From assembly GCF_009914755.1 (NCBI RefSeq), contig NC_060935.1: a stretch of DNA of 64,000 bases; one strand, 5' to 3'. This document shows, in pieces, positions 14,273 through 29,377 of the stretch (position 1 is its first letter; each line of letters begins with the position of its first letter). The position numbers were made by a program, and so were the translations under genes. The notes under the pieces were generated by a model that saw only the letters and a list, made by a program, of their open reading frames with translations, did not search any database and had not been told where the DNA came from. The DNA comes from the human T2T-CHM13v2.0 reference genome, Homo sapiens.

Positions 14273-14559
14273 AATTTATTTAGTTAGAATGTAAATTCTT
14301 CCTTTTGGTAATTAATTGTGGTTTGAATTTCTGATTCTGACCATATAGCAGATTGGACTAACCTAGACACATTTTCTATTATAAGACAGGTAGAAATGTC
14401 AAAATGTTGGATATGAAACAAAGAAAGATGACAGCAACAACAAATACACAGGTCTGAAAAAATGGTGGGGGAAGAACTTCCAGGTGTGAGAAATAAAAAT
14501 AATTTAGCCAGTGGGGTGAGCCAAACAGAAAGATGCATATCTAAATAGAAACAGGCAAA

Positions 14560-15445
<886 letters not shown>

Positions 15446-15653
15446 TGTGAGAACAAATTAGAAAAGTTTGTAATGGATGCAGAAATTAAAGAAAACAGCA
15501 GCAATGACAAAGAGACCACAGAGATTATCAGCAATATAAGAAACCCAAACAAAATGTAGGCGTAATGATTTTACAGACAAATTCCCCTAGACCTTCAAGA
15601 AACAAGGAACAAATAATCCCAAAGAATAGGTCAGATAACATAATGTGGTTCTG

Positions 15654-15960
15654 TTTTTTTAATATATATATAGATATTTATTATACTTTAAGTTCTAGGG
15701 TACATGTGCACAACACGCATGTTTTTTACATATGTATACATGTGCCATGTTGGTGTGCTGCACCCACTAACTCGTCATTTACATTAGGTATATCTCCTAA
15801 TGCTATCCCTGCCCCCTCCCCCGACCCCACAACAGGCCCCAGTGTGTGATGTTCCCCTTCTTGTGTCCAAGTGATCTCATTGTTCAATTCCCACCTATGA
15901 GTGAGAAAATGCGGTGTTTGGTTTTTTGTCCTTGCGGTAGTTTGCTGAGAATGATGGTTT
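15654..15960 (-). mobile_element. 5'-truncated L1PA 3' end
   Basis: TTATTATACTTTAAGTTCTAGGGTACATGTGCACAAC...GAGAATGATGGTTT, the L1PA 3' UTR in reverse complement. Confidence 0.92.
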
Positions 15961-16198
15961 GTCAAGGATGACAATTTATCTTCTGGTAGGATACTTTCAA
16001 CCTCATTTAACAACAGATCTGTAAATAAGCCATGCAAAATATATTCAGGAAATCAAAGGTATAGGTGAATGAATGCAGATTCCTGATGCTTCCCCTTTAC
16101 CTTATTCCTAGAAAAATATGGAATTTGGTGGCTTCAGCAACTTTAATAAAGAAACAACCAGCTTGAGAAGAACCCAAAGCCCTGGGGTCATTGCTTTC

Positions 16199-16200
<2 letters not shown>

Positions 16201-16272
<72 letters not shown>

Positions 16273-16277
16273 TATAT
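16201..16277. repeat. (A)n-(TA)n microsatellite
   Basis: An A run followed by about 30 TA units with one interruption. Confidence 0.95.
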
Positions 16278-16539
16278 TATTAGGGGTAGGAGTGAGAGGC
16301 TCATCTAAAGAAACACCTGTTGTCTCATAGTTAGATGATTCCATATTCTATTTCTATTGTGTTATAAGGCTTATGCACATTTTTGGCACAATGAGTCCTG
16401 CCAAGGCATACCATGACTCTTTCAGAGAATCACAACACCTCTCATCATCTCCTCTAATCATCTTTCCAAAACCAGAGAAGGACAGTTTGAGAAAACTACA
16501 GAATGTAGAGAACTGAAAAGAAAACAGAACATAGAAAAT

Positions 16540-17460
16540 AGAAAGTCATTTATACTACTCATGAGTGTGTAAAATTTTTAAATGCTTTTGAGGAGCAATT
16601 TAACAATATCAGGAAAATGAAGATCTCTATTTCCTATAACCGTTCTGCTATTGGGTATACAACTTACAGCATAATTTTTCAAAGTGCTAATAACTGCCCC
16701 TTATTAGATTAGCCAGTCAATTTAGCAAGTCTTTACCCACAATTTTTACCTATAAGAAATAGAATTTAATAGAATAGAATACAATATATGGCAGAAAATG
16801 TTATTTATGTATATACAAATACATAAGTGTTATTTATATATGTGTATATATATTTGTGTGTGTGTATATGTGTGTGAATGTAGAAAGTTTGGCTTTTTTC
16901 TATATATAGGTGTGTGTTCATGTGTACAGGTCCTGGTTTATTATGATGAGCAATGGTAAACAATTAGATGCCCTTCAATTGAAGAATAGATAAATGTTCT
17001 ACGGTACAGTTATATGATGGAATACTACTCTTCGACAGTCAAAGCAAATGAACTAGAGCCTCACAAATCACTATGCAAAATTTCACATTTACAATGTTGA
17101 ACACAAAAAGCAAGTTAACAAATGTATCTCTACAATTTATTCAAATAGAAAACCATTTAAATTAATATTACATATTTTTATAGGTACATTTATATAGAGG
17201 GAAGGTATAAAATATGCATGGTGAGGGTATAAACGTACTTCTGGATAGTAGTTACTTCTATCCTGGTTAACTTCTAGTAAGGAGAGAAGGTCATGTTTGA
17301 AGTAAGGAGGAGTCAGTTGTGTCTACAAAATTATATTTCTTTCCAGAAAGGGATATGTTAATAAAATGAACTTGACAAAATGGTAACATTTGGCATATCT
17401 GATTGGTGGGTACACATGTGGCTATATGTTTGCAATGTCTCAAAAATGGTTCAAATTTGG
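16540..17460 (+). mobile_element. Degenerate L1ME 3'-end fragments
   Basis: AAACAATTAGATGCCCTTCAATTGAAGAATAGATAAAT...ATGATGGAATACTACTC motifs. Boundaries are approximate. Confidence 0.55.
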
Positions 17461-18309
17461 GGAACTGAGGAAATATTCCTTTGGGCAAGAGAAGAATTTT
17501 TGCTAATAGTATCTTATATCAATGCATTAATATTGTAATATAAAAATTGATATTTTCCTAAATACATTCAACATATGCACATAATTGTTATTGGTGTGTT
17601 GAGATAAAATAATCTTAAATTAACAGGAGAAAAGAGCAATTAGAAAATCTTCCCAAATGAAAAAGTAGGGTACTTTAGAGATTTAGAAACAGATGGTAAT
17701 CAACCAAGTCTTAGAGTTGCATAGGCTATCCTAGCCAGTGGTCAGTTAAAATAACAACTTCCTCCTGAGGTCCCTCCAAATATTTGTGAAAGATAACTCC
17801 AAAAATATTTAAGTAGCTATAAAATGCTAGGAATGGGGAAATACCTTGAATTCAAATTGCCATCAATGGTTTTTGTCAAGTACTTAATTTTCCTTCAGAA
17901 CAAAATATTTTGCCACTTGAATGATTCAAGTCATAAATGTAGATTATTCAAAATGTAGTTGCACTCACCAAAAAAATCTGACTTCAACAGAAATTAATAT
18001 TTTGCAAACCACTTCTATATGTTAGGGCTAAAGACTCATTGTAAATTAATTATTTAGTGTTTTTACACAAGTAACTTTACCTATATGATAAGGGGGAAAT
18101 AAGCAAACTATAAATTGGTGTTTTCACATTCTATGAGGAGCTCAATTAAGATGCAGAAACACATACTCTACATTTAACTCTGAATGTTATATATGAATGA
18201 TTTTCCTTTTACTTTTGCTTTCTCTTTTGAAAGACCACCCAGAGGAATAAGAAAATCGATGTTCCTTCAATTAGCTTTAGAATCTGAGTTGGTGAAACTT
18301 TGAGTTGCC

Positions 18310-18846
18310 TCCCAATGCGACAAATCCTTGCATAATCCACTCCTCTTGAATGTAGGAGAGAATCTGCAACTTGTTTCTAGTCAAGGGAATATGGCAAAAG
18401 TAACAGGATAGTCACTTTTTTGTTGTGTTACCTTACAGATGACTCCATCTTAGCTGACTGTTGTGAGTCTCTTGTTAGGCTGGAAGAAGTAAGCTGCCTG
18501 CCATATGGTAAGAGAGTCTAAGAGGAACTATGAGAAACTCATGGGAGCTACAGTGCCCTCTAGGAGCCCAGAGTGGCCCCTGGCTGATAGCCAGTGAGAA
18601 ATGGGACCTCAGTCCTATAACTGCAAGAAATTGAATTAGGCCAACAACAACAAGAGATTTGAAGAAGACTCCAAACTTCAGAAGAGAAGGCAGCCTGGCC
18701 AACCCCTTGCTTGTAGTAGTAGGTATCTCTGTGCAGAGGGACTAGCTAAGCTGTGCCCGGACTCTGAATCCACAGGACTATGAGATAATGTCTGTTGTGT
18801 TAAGCACCTACCTTAGGTAACATGTTCTGCATAGGTAACTAAAACA
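18310..18846 (+). mobile_element. MLT1 (MLT1E-like) MaLR solo LTR
   Basis: GCTGATAGCCAGTGAGAAATGGGACCTCAGTCCTATAACTGCAAGAAATTGAATT...GCTAAGCTGTGCCCGGACTC. Confidence 0.8.
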
Positions 18847-18876
18847 CTCCTTCATCTGTGAAAACTTTGGGTTATC

Positions 18877-19050
18877 AGTGGTTTTCAATTCCGAGTGTGC
18901 TTTACAATAACTCAAGTACTTTTTGAAAAAACATAGGTCAGGCCCCCACTGTGAATAAATTGAATAATCAGAATTTGGAGAGATGAGGTTGACATATATT
19001 GATATTTAAAAGATTTCCACATGCTTCTGATGATACTAATCTGATCCCAA
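18877..19050. mobile_element. MER5-like hAT-Charlie fragment
   Basis: CAGTGGTTTTCAA terminus and AATCAGAAT..GGAG core. Confidence 0.5.
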
Positions 19051-21615
19051 AGGAAATTTCTAGTTATAAATATGTTTATAAATGACATTGGCATCCAAAG
19101 TTTAGTGCAGGTACATCTTATCATTTTCTTGTAAAGTAAATCACACATAATATTTGCTGTAGTTTCCGAGACTAATTTTTAAAACATGGAAAGAGTTATG
19201 TTTGATAACTGTATCTATTATTGGATATCTGGCAAATCAATGTGTCCTCAACCAGTATCTGGTCATTTGCTTTCCTTCTTAGAAAGAGAGAGAAACACAC
19301 ACACATAAAAAATGCAAACACAAATTTTAAATTTTAAATGGTCTACACACAAATAGTGGCTACAAATAAAGTTCGCAAGGGAAGAAGGCGTATCTTAATA
19401 CTCTCTTTTCCTTGTCTCTAAAGCCAGAATTTTCTCTCCCATCCTGACTCTTGCTGGACAAAACCCTTGTATTTTCTACTGACGATTTTTCATACTGATA
19501 CCTGAGCAAAGCTCTGTTTCTCACCATCATTAATCTATAATGAGAGAGGAAAATGTAGGTGGGGAGAGAAAAAAGTAAACCTTGCAGACCTCTCAGCTAT
19601 AAATTACAGTTCAATCTTACTTGTATTTAAAAAATAATTACCCAATGGAATAGAAACTAGAGAGATTTTCCTCCCTCCATTCACTTCTGATTTATATTCG
19701 TCCCAAAGCCAAGGTACTGTGGAGAAAGACAGTAGAAACCATGGGGCTAGATGAATTGATTTTTGGTTCTTTGTCTTTAAGGAAGAAGGCTAACAGGAGT
19801 AGACAGAGCATCAGTGATAACTTATAAGGGCAAACACCTCTGTTTTGATCCTTGGTTTGATGTTCTAACCTCTATAGCCCAGGTTCAAATCTCTACGGTT
19901 GTTGTGTTTTTAAAGGCAAATATAAATCTTAAATAGGTTTTCTATTCTGGGTAGCCCTCGTTTCAAATGGAGTCAAACTACTTTCTTGGCAGATTTCCTT
20001 TAAACCAACTTAATATTTTGCTGAAAATAATAAATGAATAAATGAATGGGCCCCTTCTCCTCTTCTTCTAATCACCATGCCCATATCGAATTCACAAAAT
20101 CAATTCATCATGTCCTGGACTTCAATGAGTTTTTAGGAGTTCATAAGGCAGCCTGTAAGAAACACAAGTAAAGAAGTTTCTATTTATTAAAGCAACAATA
20201 TACCAAAACAGTTAAAAGAAGGGAAGCAAATATTTTTGCAGTCTTATCTTTAAAGTCAAAGAATTCTGAGAGACTCACTTTTCCCTGCTTTTAGATTTCA
20301 GGCCATGAGACCTGGCTTCGGGAACCCATAGACAGCTGATGTTTCAAATGTAAAGCTTGGTGCCATTGCTTTCTTCTCCTCTCCAGCATTTCTCCTTTCT
20401 CTCCTAACCATGCTGCCTGCACTGCTATCAAGTCCTATTGGTAATCTGTTCTGTTGTTCCTGCTTTTAGGAAAAAGGCTGATCTTTAATCAGCACTTGTG
20501 TGCTTTCTACTAAACAAGACCCTCCGTTGTGTTTCAATCAGCTTGCCTGGTACTCCCAATATATCTTCTAATGTCTTCAGACTGAGGCCTCACATTTCTA
20601 ATTCTGATTTGGCTGTGCCACTTGGCCCTTTTAGGAAGAGATATCATCTGTCACTTATTTTCTGCTTTATACATATTTATGTCCAATGTAACACTCTGCT
20701 GGCTAAAGCCACCTTTCTATCTGACTGATACAGAATTTAACATCTCTCCTCATTATACTTTTACTTAATATTGAACTAATTATAGAAACAGTAGGTATAA
20801 AATCACTGCTCATAAAATATACTATACTATAATGACCTTTACCAAACAACCACATAATAGTCTCATTGCAACTGGAACATTTAAATTACCTTGATTATAG
20901 CTTTATTTTTTGCCAAGAGCAATATTTTTCCAGAGCTCTTCATTTTTGTCATCAAAGAACCTCACTCCTGAAATCTCAAGAGCAACTTTTCTCCCAGAAA
21001 AAAATAGTAGTTACTTCAAAATCAAACAAGGTGTGTTGTACATCTCAGGAGTGGAGAACATTATAGTCACTTAAAGGTGAAGTCTGGGGTATCCTATCAC
21101 CTTCACTAGACAAGGGCTTTCTTCATACACTGCGGTGTCCCTGTACCTACAGTGAAAATTTGAGCCTTGATAAAAATGCCAAAATTACTCTCCCTCTTGG
21201 GCCATTGGGAATATGTGAAGTGACCCAATACAGTAAATCCTTGTGGCTACATGTAGACTTCTCTTTTAAAATGTCCTTATGTAAATGTTCAACTCCAGTG
21301 GGGAGACTGTTTCTAAAGAGAAGCATGTCTATATCAGACCAATGTGAATACCATTTTTTAATGCGGCTACATTGATGGTACTTGTGCCTAAAATATGGAC
21401 TTTCCAAGAACTTTGATCATTTTTTCCCATTTCCTGAAGGATAACAGCAATACACCTTTTTGAAAACAAAACAAAACAAAATGATAAAGATGTATGCCCA
21501 TAAAACCACCAGCAGCAAAGTTGCTAGATGTAGGGAAAAAAGGGTACATACCAAAATGTCATTAGTCAGTTTGGCCACTTACCTCCTGAACTTCAGTTAT
21601 GAATTTAGGATTTGA

Positions 21616-22013
<398 letters not shown>

Positions 22014-22534
22014 TTAAAAAAGTATGTATCTATACTTACACCTACAACTACATCGCTATTTATATCTATATCTAAATTGATGTCTTTAGAAAGTATTAAC
22101 ATTTGAAACTGTGATTAATCATTTTATTATTTTAAATTATTAAAGAAGCTTTAGCAACCATTTTAGAAAATGCATTACTGGTCTTTGAAATAGTATTTTG
22201 TTTTAATTTGGAAATATTTAATATGTTAGAAAAGATCCACTGATACGGAGGGCTTAAGGGAGAGGACAGAAATTAACGTCAGAGTTTAGCCACAGAAATA
22301 GGAATTTAATAAACTTAATTAAAGGATTGGGAAGCAGATAGAGAAAAGTTGCTTCTAATATCTCAGCCCCTACTATTCTTTATCTTATGCATTTTGTTGC
22401 AGCATCATTGGCCATCTTTCACTTTCTATATAGCACAAGTTTATTTATGCCTAAGGATCTTTGCAATTCTCTCTGTCTGGAACTCTCTTACCCAATGCCG
22501 CTTAATGTCTCATTCCTTCATTCTTGTCCTTATT

Positions 22535-22536
<2 letters not shown>

Positions 22537-22570
<34 letters not shown>

Positions 22571-22622
22571 TATATATATATGTGTGTATATATATAGTAA
22601 TATATGTAAATAGTAATATATA
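22537..22622. repeat. (GT)n then TA-rich microsatellite
   Basis: About 16 GT units followed by TA-rich tracts. Confidence 0.9.
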
Positions 22623-22938
22623 ATTATCTCAAATAACCCTCATCTTCATAATCCTTGTCTCTTATCCATCCCTCTTTATAATTACTCTGTTTTATATTTT
22701 CATCGTGCCTATCACTATCTAAGATTATTTCTAAGTACATTCATTGTACTTATTCCTATTCTAGAATGTACATTTTTCAAAAACGAGATTTTGTCTGTCT
22801 TACTTTCTAAGCATATAGCAGGTACTTAGTAAACAATTGGTTGAATTAAGGGATAAGTTTCTTTCTTGTCTCAGTGACTATGTCCTGGGTCAAGTCTCAA
22901 GACTAGTCAAGTTGTTAGTTACTCATCACTGGAGTGGT

Positions 22939-23311
22939 TGTTTTAGACCATTTGGGCTGCTATAACAAACTACCATAGACTGGGTGATTTATAAACTACA
23001 GAAATTGATTTCTCACAGTTCTGTAGAATGAAAAGTCCAAGATGAAAGTTCTCAGAGATTTGGTTCCTGGTAAGGGCCAGATTTCTAGGTGTGTTTCATA
23101 GATGATGCCCTCTCACTGTGTCCTCTCATGGTGGGAGGAGTGAGGGTTCTCTCTTGGGCCTCTTTTATAAAAGAGGCACAAATCTCATCCATGAGACGTC
23201 CATCCTTATGATCTAATCACCTCCCAAATGCCTCAGCTCCTAATACCATCATCTTGGGAGTTAGAATTTCAGCATATGAATGTTGATGTACACAACATTT
23301 AAACCATAGCA
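22939..23311 (-). mobile_element. MLT1A-like MaLR solo LTR
   Basis: TGTTTTAGACCATTTGGGCTGCTATAACAAACTACCATAGACTGGGTG...AAACCATAGCA. Perfect 5-bp TSD GTGGT. Confidence 0.88.
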
Positions 23312-24497
23312 GTGGTTCTAACAAGATAAATGAGAAAGTTAATAACAGCTAGTATTATACTTTACATATTTATTTTCCAATTGAGTTCCCCATTAGAAGT
23401 GATATCATCATTTCTACTTTGAGGACAAGATTTTGCTGTGTCATTCTGGTTGTAGATCAGCTGAAGAATCTTGATAGGAAAACTGTTGTTAACACCATAA
23501 ATTAGAAATGTCCTAATTACAAAGCTTTTTCAGATACACGAACTTCCTTCGATATGCCTTAGCCAGTAATCTCTCATCTTATTCTCGGAGTTTTTGTAGT
23601 TGTGGAAACAAGCTAACATCACAAACTACAGGAACAAATTAATCTTGCTTTGTGTCAGAGGAATAACATCTCAGTCAAATCATGTTTTTATGAAGAAAAT
23701 AGCCAATTTGTAATATAGCGGCTGAGATTAGTAGCACTTAAGAGGGTAAAGAAAGACTTTGACTTCTTCACCTTCACGTTGTTTGATGAGCATTTTGACA
23801 ATTCCCTCACTTCATATTTGAACCTCAAAAAATCTCCTAATTTTGTGAGGTCATAGGTGGAAAGACTGTCCATGAAGCTCTTAAAAAATTGGAGTCAGAA
23901 TATTACCTAAGCCTATCTTAAAAGAAAAAAAAAAACAGTTAAGTAGCAAGAAATGAAGATTCTGATTATGCATATTATTTAATGGAGTCATGCATGTTTT
24001 TTTTGGTCTGCTGAACAGCTAATTTGTAGTAAAATCATTCAAAAAGTTTATTATGGTGAAACCAATATCTTCTCTTACATGATCCTTACATAATCAGCTG
24101 AACTTTAGGAAACATTTTGGAGAAAAAGTAAAAATATTAGGAGAAGGGCAGTTCTCATGAGAAATTACCTGCTGCTTTTTGCTTTTCTTTTCCAAGAATA
24201 TTTATCCTCTGATTAAGTCAGGTACAATGTATGGCCATCAAACATAGCACTGATAAGAATATAATAGTAATTATAATAGTAACACCTAATATCGGTATCT
24301 TATTCTACAGGCCATAAGGCAACAGCAACACATACATCACTTCACTAGCTTATAAACCCCAGAGAAAAGTAATCCTTTAATTTTTTTAACAAAAACTATA
24401 AATTTTACTGAATTGTAGAAAAGTAGCATAACTTTCTCAAAATAATATTTAGAATGTGGCATGATTACCTTTTCAGCTAGATGCTGTGTGCTTTATA

Positions 24498-24716
24498 CAG
24501 TAGTTCACAAGCTTACTTCAGGACAAGAATCCCCATTTTAATGGAACGTTTAAGCACAAGTCCAATATATAAAGGAGATAAATAAGTACATACTATGATT
24601 AGTTCTAACGGATGCCAGACACTGCCTGTTACTTCACCTCTTTCCTCCACTGAGAGGATTAAAAGGATTCCACAGGAAACTTTTTAGCTCCTCATTACAT
24701 GGTTTGAGAGCCACTG
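24498..24716. mobile_element. hAT-Charlie-type MITE remnant
   Basis: Imperfect terminal inverted repeats CAGTAGTTCACAA ... TTGAGAGCCACTG. Confidence 0.45.
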
Positions 24717-25609
24717 ATCCACGTTATGTATGGAGGATGAAGTGTTGCAAGGAAATAAATTAATGATGGTCACCAAGATACCAGTGTTGGTTCTGCAGGC
24801 AATGCACCATTGTATATTCATGAACCATCGCTTTCTTGAGTGTAATCTGATAGGTTTCTCTCTTTCTTCCCCAGCAGTTACCTCAATGCTCAGTCATCAT
24901 CTAGGCTGCCATAAGGCATTACCCCAGCATATCTCTGGTCTCACATAAAATAGGATGCAATGCTTTAATACTGTTAATTCTATAAATGTTTCCAATCCCA
25001 TTGGTGATCCCTTCACTGGAAGAGAAGGAAACATAATATCTTTTAGAATATCTATAAAATTGGCTTTGCCTATAGGATTCGACTTTCATCGTTAATCTAA
25101 AGATGATGTGAGACTAGACTAAATGTCAAAAAAACTACCCAGCTTTTATATCATGGAAAGAGCACTGGGGTTGGCATTTGGCAGCTCCGTTCCAGTCAAT
25201 GTGACCCACCTTCTTATATGAAGTTTGGTAAACTCATTCTCCTCACTTTTAGCCTTTCCTGCTTTGCATAGGAAAAGTAGAAGAGAGCAATAAAATCTAG
25301 CATGTTGTTCTGAAGAATAACATTCAAAATATTCAACAGCAAATATGGCAAGGATATTGTCCAATCAGAATGGATGTTGACAGCAAACAGCCAGGGGCTC
25401 TTAGGTGAATAACAGTCCTGGTGGTAAGCATCAGTTTGTATCAGATGAGACAGTGCACGTGGAGATGCTTTGTAAACTATAGTCCTATCTAAGTTTTAGG
25501 TACTATTATAATACTGGTTTATAAATCATATGCCTTCTTATTTACTTTAATATTTATAAATCGTGATGTTCTCTATGAGCTTCCATGCCAAAACTGTTTA
25601 AAAATATAA

Positions 25610-25880
25610 TAATAATGATGATTACGAGGATGAATAAAATCAAGCCTCATATGCATAGAGCTTATATTTTGTAGGCTCTGTGCTAAAAGCTTTTCACCAT
25701 CACCCTTTTAATTTCTATCAAAACTCTAAATGATGGGTGTTATTAACTCCATTTCATAGATGAAAAAACTGAGTTTCAAAGAGTTTGAGTCATATGCCCA
25801 AATTTGCACAGCTAATCACTGGCAGAACCAGACTTCAAATCCAAGTGTGTCAGAATGAGAGCCTGTATTATAACCTGGGT
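25610..25880 (-). mobile_element. MIR SINE
   Basis: CCATTTCATAGATGAAAAAACTGAG...GGCAGAACCAGACTTCAAATCCAAG. Confidence 0.7.
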
Positions 25881-27980
25881 CACTGAAGTACGATTTCTAC
25901 TCTGAAGCATCAAAAAATTCCCAAAAGTCAGAGCATACACAAAGCAGAACTTCTATCTTGTGTTACTTTTAAATTTATTTCATTGACAAGGTAGGTTTAC
26001 TATACATTTAATGAAGCATGAATTTTAAGACCCCTTACTTACATGGGACCCATTTAGACTTAGGAATTTACCAGGAGTTGTAGCATGTTCTAGGTGGGGC
26101 GGAAAAGCCAAGTTGCAATCAGAAAGTGTATCTACTTAAGCATTTCAGGAAAATGGCCTAAATGGAGCTCAAAAGAAAAGAATTTGAAACTCTACAATTT
26201 CAGAAGTATTCAATAATTGATTATAAATATTTGATTTTGTTAGAATTTTATGATCGTTAAGACTCAGAAAAATTGGATCAGCCCTGGTCACAGGTGTTAA
26301 CTCAGGACAGAGATAGTAGGGTAGCTGGGAAACCACGTTAAGCAGAGTTGCTCACACTTTTCTTACACTTGGGCCTCAACGCTGCATCCCTTTTTACTAA
26401 TCTAGGCTAGTTTCCCTTTTTGTAATCTCCCTTGTGTCACCATCTTCCCCTCTCACAGCACTTTTATAATTTATCTTATATGACTCCCCAGCTGCTGGAC
26501 TGTATGCACCACAAAGATGGCTGTGTCTGACTTGTTCACCACTTTATCTTCAATACCAAGTTCAACATCTGGTGCATTGTAAGTGTATAAGAACTCAACA
26601 ACTATTTACAGAATAACATGTTCTATTTGTATCTTGGATATATTCACACAGTCTTTTGAATGCCTAGGTATCTTTCTGAAAAATCAGAAGTTTCTGTTAA
26701 AGTTTTTTTGGAACAGGATATGTTTATTAAAGAACTCAGTCTAAATTTCTAAATTTGAAGAAAAGTCATATAGGAAACTCCCACTGTTCATGTGAACAAT
26801 TCAAAGCAATAGGAAAAGAAAACTCTTAAGTATAGTAACTATGGTCTTAGGTGTTGCTAAGATATAATTTGTTCTCCATAAAACTCACCAACACAAATCC
26901 CAGGAGTTACTAACAATTTATTCACAAAAATCAACACATTTTCTGTAGAACAAAATAGGTTTTCTAAAGAACAACATATATCTTATAGAGACCTTTTGTT
27001 TTGTGACAACTTCTAAAACCTTGTGTCAGTAATTCACATAAATCAAACAGCCAACTAGATGATGAAGACTGAACAACGTTAACTTTTTGGCTGCTCTTAA
27101 GGGAGTAGCATAAATCTTTTATGGCAGCTTGCAAGACAGTTTGATGTGTTTCTGTAGTTTCTTCATGCCTTTCTGGGTTCTTCTGAATCAATACTTGTCC
27201 AATCCTTGTCTTTTGGTTTCATTGAATCATAGAAACATGGAAGGCAGGGTTAGATGAAACCCTAGAGATCATCTAATTTAACCTCCTACACTGTAGGAAT
27301 TCCCTCCGTAGACATTTTGAAAACCAGTGAGGGAATCTCATCAGGCAAACATACAGATTTGGGGCAGTTCCAATTATTGGAAAGGGTGTTTTATTCTGTT
27401 TCATTTCCTTCAAGCTTCATCAATACCTGCCTCCTTTTAATTTATTCCTATTACACAATGTTTTGCCTTCCAAAACTATGCAAGATAAATTTTTCCTTTG
27501 CTCCATGACAATTTGTCAGCATTATAAGATGGCTATCATGCCTCTTCTCAGTCCTTCTTTTAGGCTATATTTATCCAATTTTGATAATCTTGACCAATTT
27601 GGCTCAATATGTCTTAGACAAGAACTTTGGATATGTTTACTTGCACATGGGATGGGCTACAAGCAAATAGGCCAAATAATTAACAAACTTCAGAGAATTA
27701 AGTTACCAAAATAATACCAATCCTGTGCCTGTTAATCCTAAAAACATTCCCCAGTTTCTCGGGTATCGCTCCACAGAAAATGGTGTATTTCCCAATTTAC
27801 CTCTCAAATGTGGCACATTAATGGACAATGAAAAACATCAGGAGAAACAGAGGCAAGACAAAGAGCTTTTTACCATTCCTGCCCAGCAGATATGATCATT
27901 GTGGTTAATCCATGACTCCCCCTGTGTTTCACATATTTCTCTTTTCTAGAAAAGAGGTTTTAAATTCTCTTCTTTCTTTA

Positions 27981-28343
<363 letters not shown>

Positions 28344-28539
28344 TTAATATGTAAGTCTTTAGATCAAATAAAAGCATGTCTGGACCTGAAGGAAAGAACC
28401 TCCCATCACCTAGATTTTCTTGATTATGTATAGATACAGTAACTAGAGAAATTTTTTAGTTTTAGGAGGAAGGGTTTGCATAAATATTTGGGAAGTGAAA
28501 TATGGATTATTGCTGACTCCAGAATCTGTTTTCTTATAT

Positions 28540-29010
28540 TTCTTAATAACGAAACTGCCAATCTTTAGCAGTGTGTTTGCTGCTCAGCTAAAAACAGAAG
28601 AAAAACAAAACACAGATTTTTCAGCCTTCACGTGGTGAAATGGTTCACATGACTGAATTCTGGCCAGTGACACGTGAGCAGAGCTGTTTGGGGTGATTAC
28701 AAGGACATCTCTTAAAGAGAAGGATGATACATTTCTTTACATGACCTCCAATCTGCTTCCTGAAATACAGCATTGATATCCGGAGTTTTACGTGCTATCT
28801 TGAGTGGTAAAGATAAGGCACATAAACCAGGAATGATAGAACGGAGAGTTGGAAGAAGCCTGTGACTTGGATGGCTCCGTGGAGCTGCCATAGTAACCTT
28901 AAGAGTACCAATGTCTTCCTTCCTTTATCTGAGAGAATAAAATTCTGAGATGCAAACCACTATCTTGGGGGTAGGGTGGGTTCTGCTAATACTAGATAAA
29001 TACTATTCCT
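28540..29010 (+). mobile_element. Old MLT1 (MLT1J-like) LTR
   Basis: CACATGACTGAATTCTGGCCAGTGA and GGAAGAAGCCTG...GTGGAGCTGCCA motifs. Boundaries are approximate. Confidence 0.55.
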
Positions 29011-29025
29011 CACACATCACTTTTC

Positions 29026-29249
29026 TTTTTTTTTCAACTTTTATTTTAGAATTAGGAGGTATAAGTACTGGTTTGTTACAAAGGTATATCGTGTAATACT
29101 GAGGTTTGGAGTACAAATGAATTCATCACCCAAGTAATGAGTATACTACCCAGTAGGTAGAATTTCAGCCCTGGAGCCCCTCCTCCTTCTCCCCCATCTA
29201 ATAGTCCCCAGTGTCCATTTAATCCATCTTCATTTCCATGCGCACCAGA
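29026..29249 (-). mobile_element. Short L1 3' end (old L1PA/L1PB)
   Basis: TTTTCAACTTTTATTTTAGA...GGTTTGTTACAAAGGTATAT...GAGGTTTGG. Degenerate TSD CATCACTTTTC / TATTACTTTTC. Confidence 0.8.
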
Positions 29250-29377
29250 TATTACTTTTCGATTGTTCTGAATAACCTTCTGTGGTTTTTCTGGATTGTT
29301 ATTTCCTTGGTATATTTTGGCCCAACTGATTTTAAAATAGTTTAGGATTACGTATTCTATATTATTTTATTCTAATA

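Noticed and set aside
16108-16344. ORFs with IYIYIY runs (also 47118-47300 and 47527-47712)
   Set aside because: These are translations of (TA)n microsatellites.
21575-21590. Perfect minus-strand splice donor (GAG|GTAAGT)
   Set aside because: An isolated 9-mer is expected by chance in 64 kb, and no matching acceptor or exon is evident.
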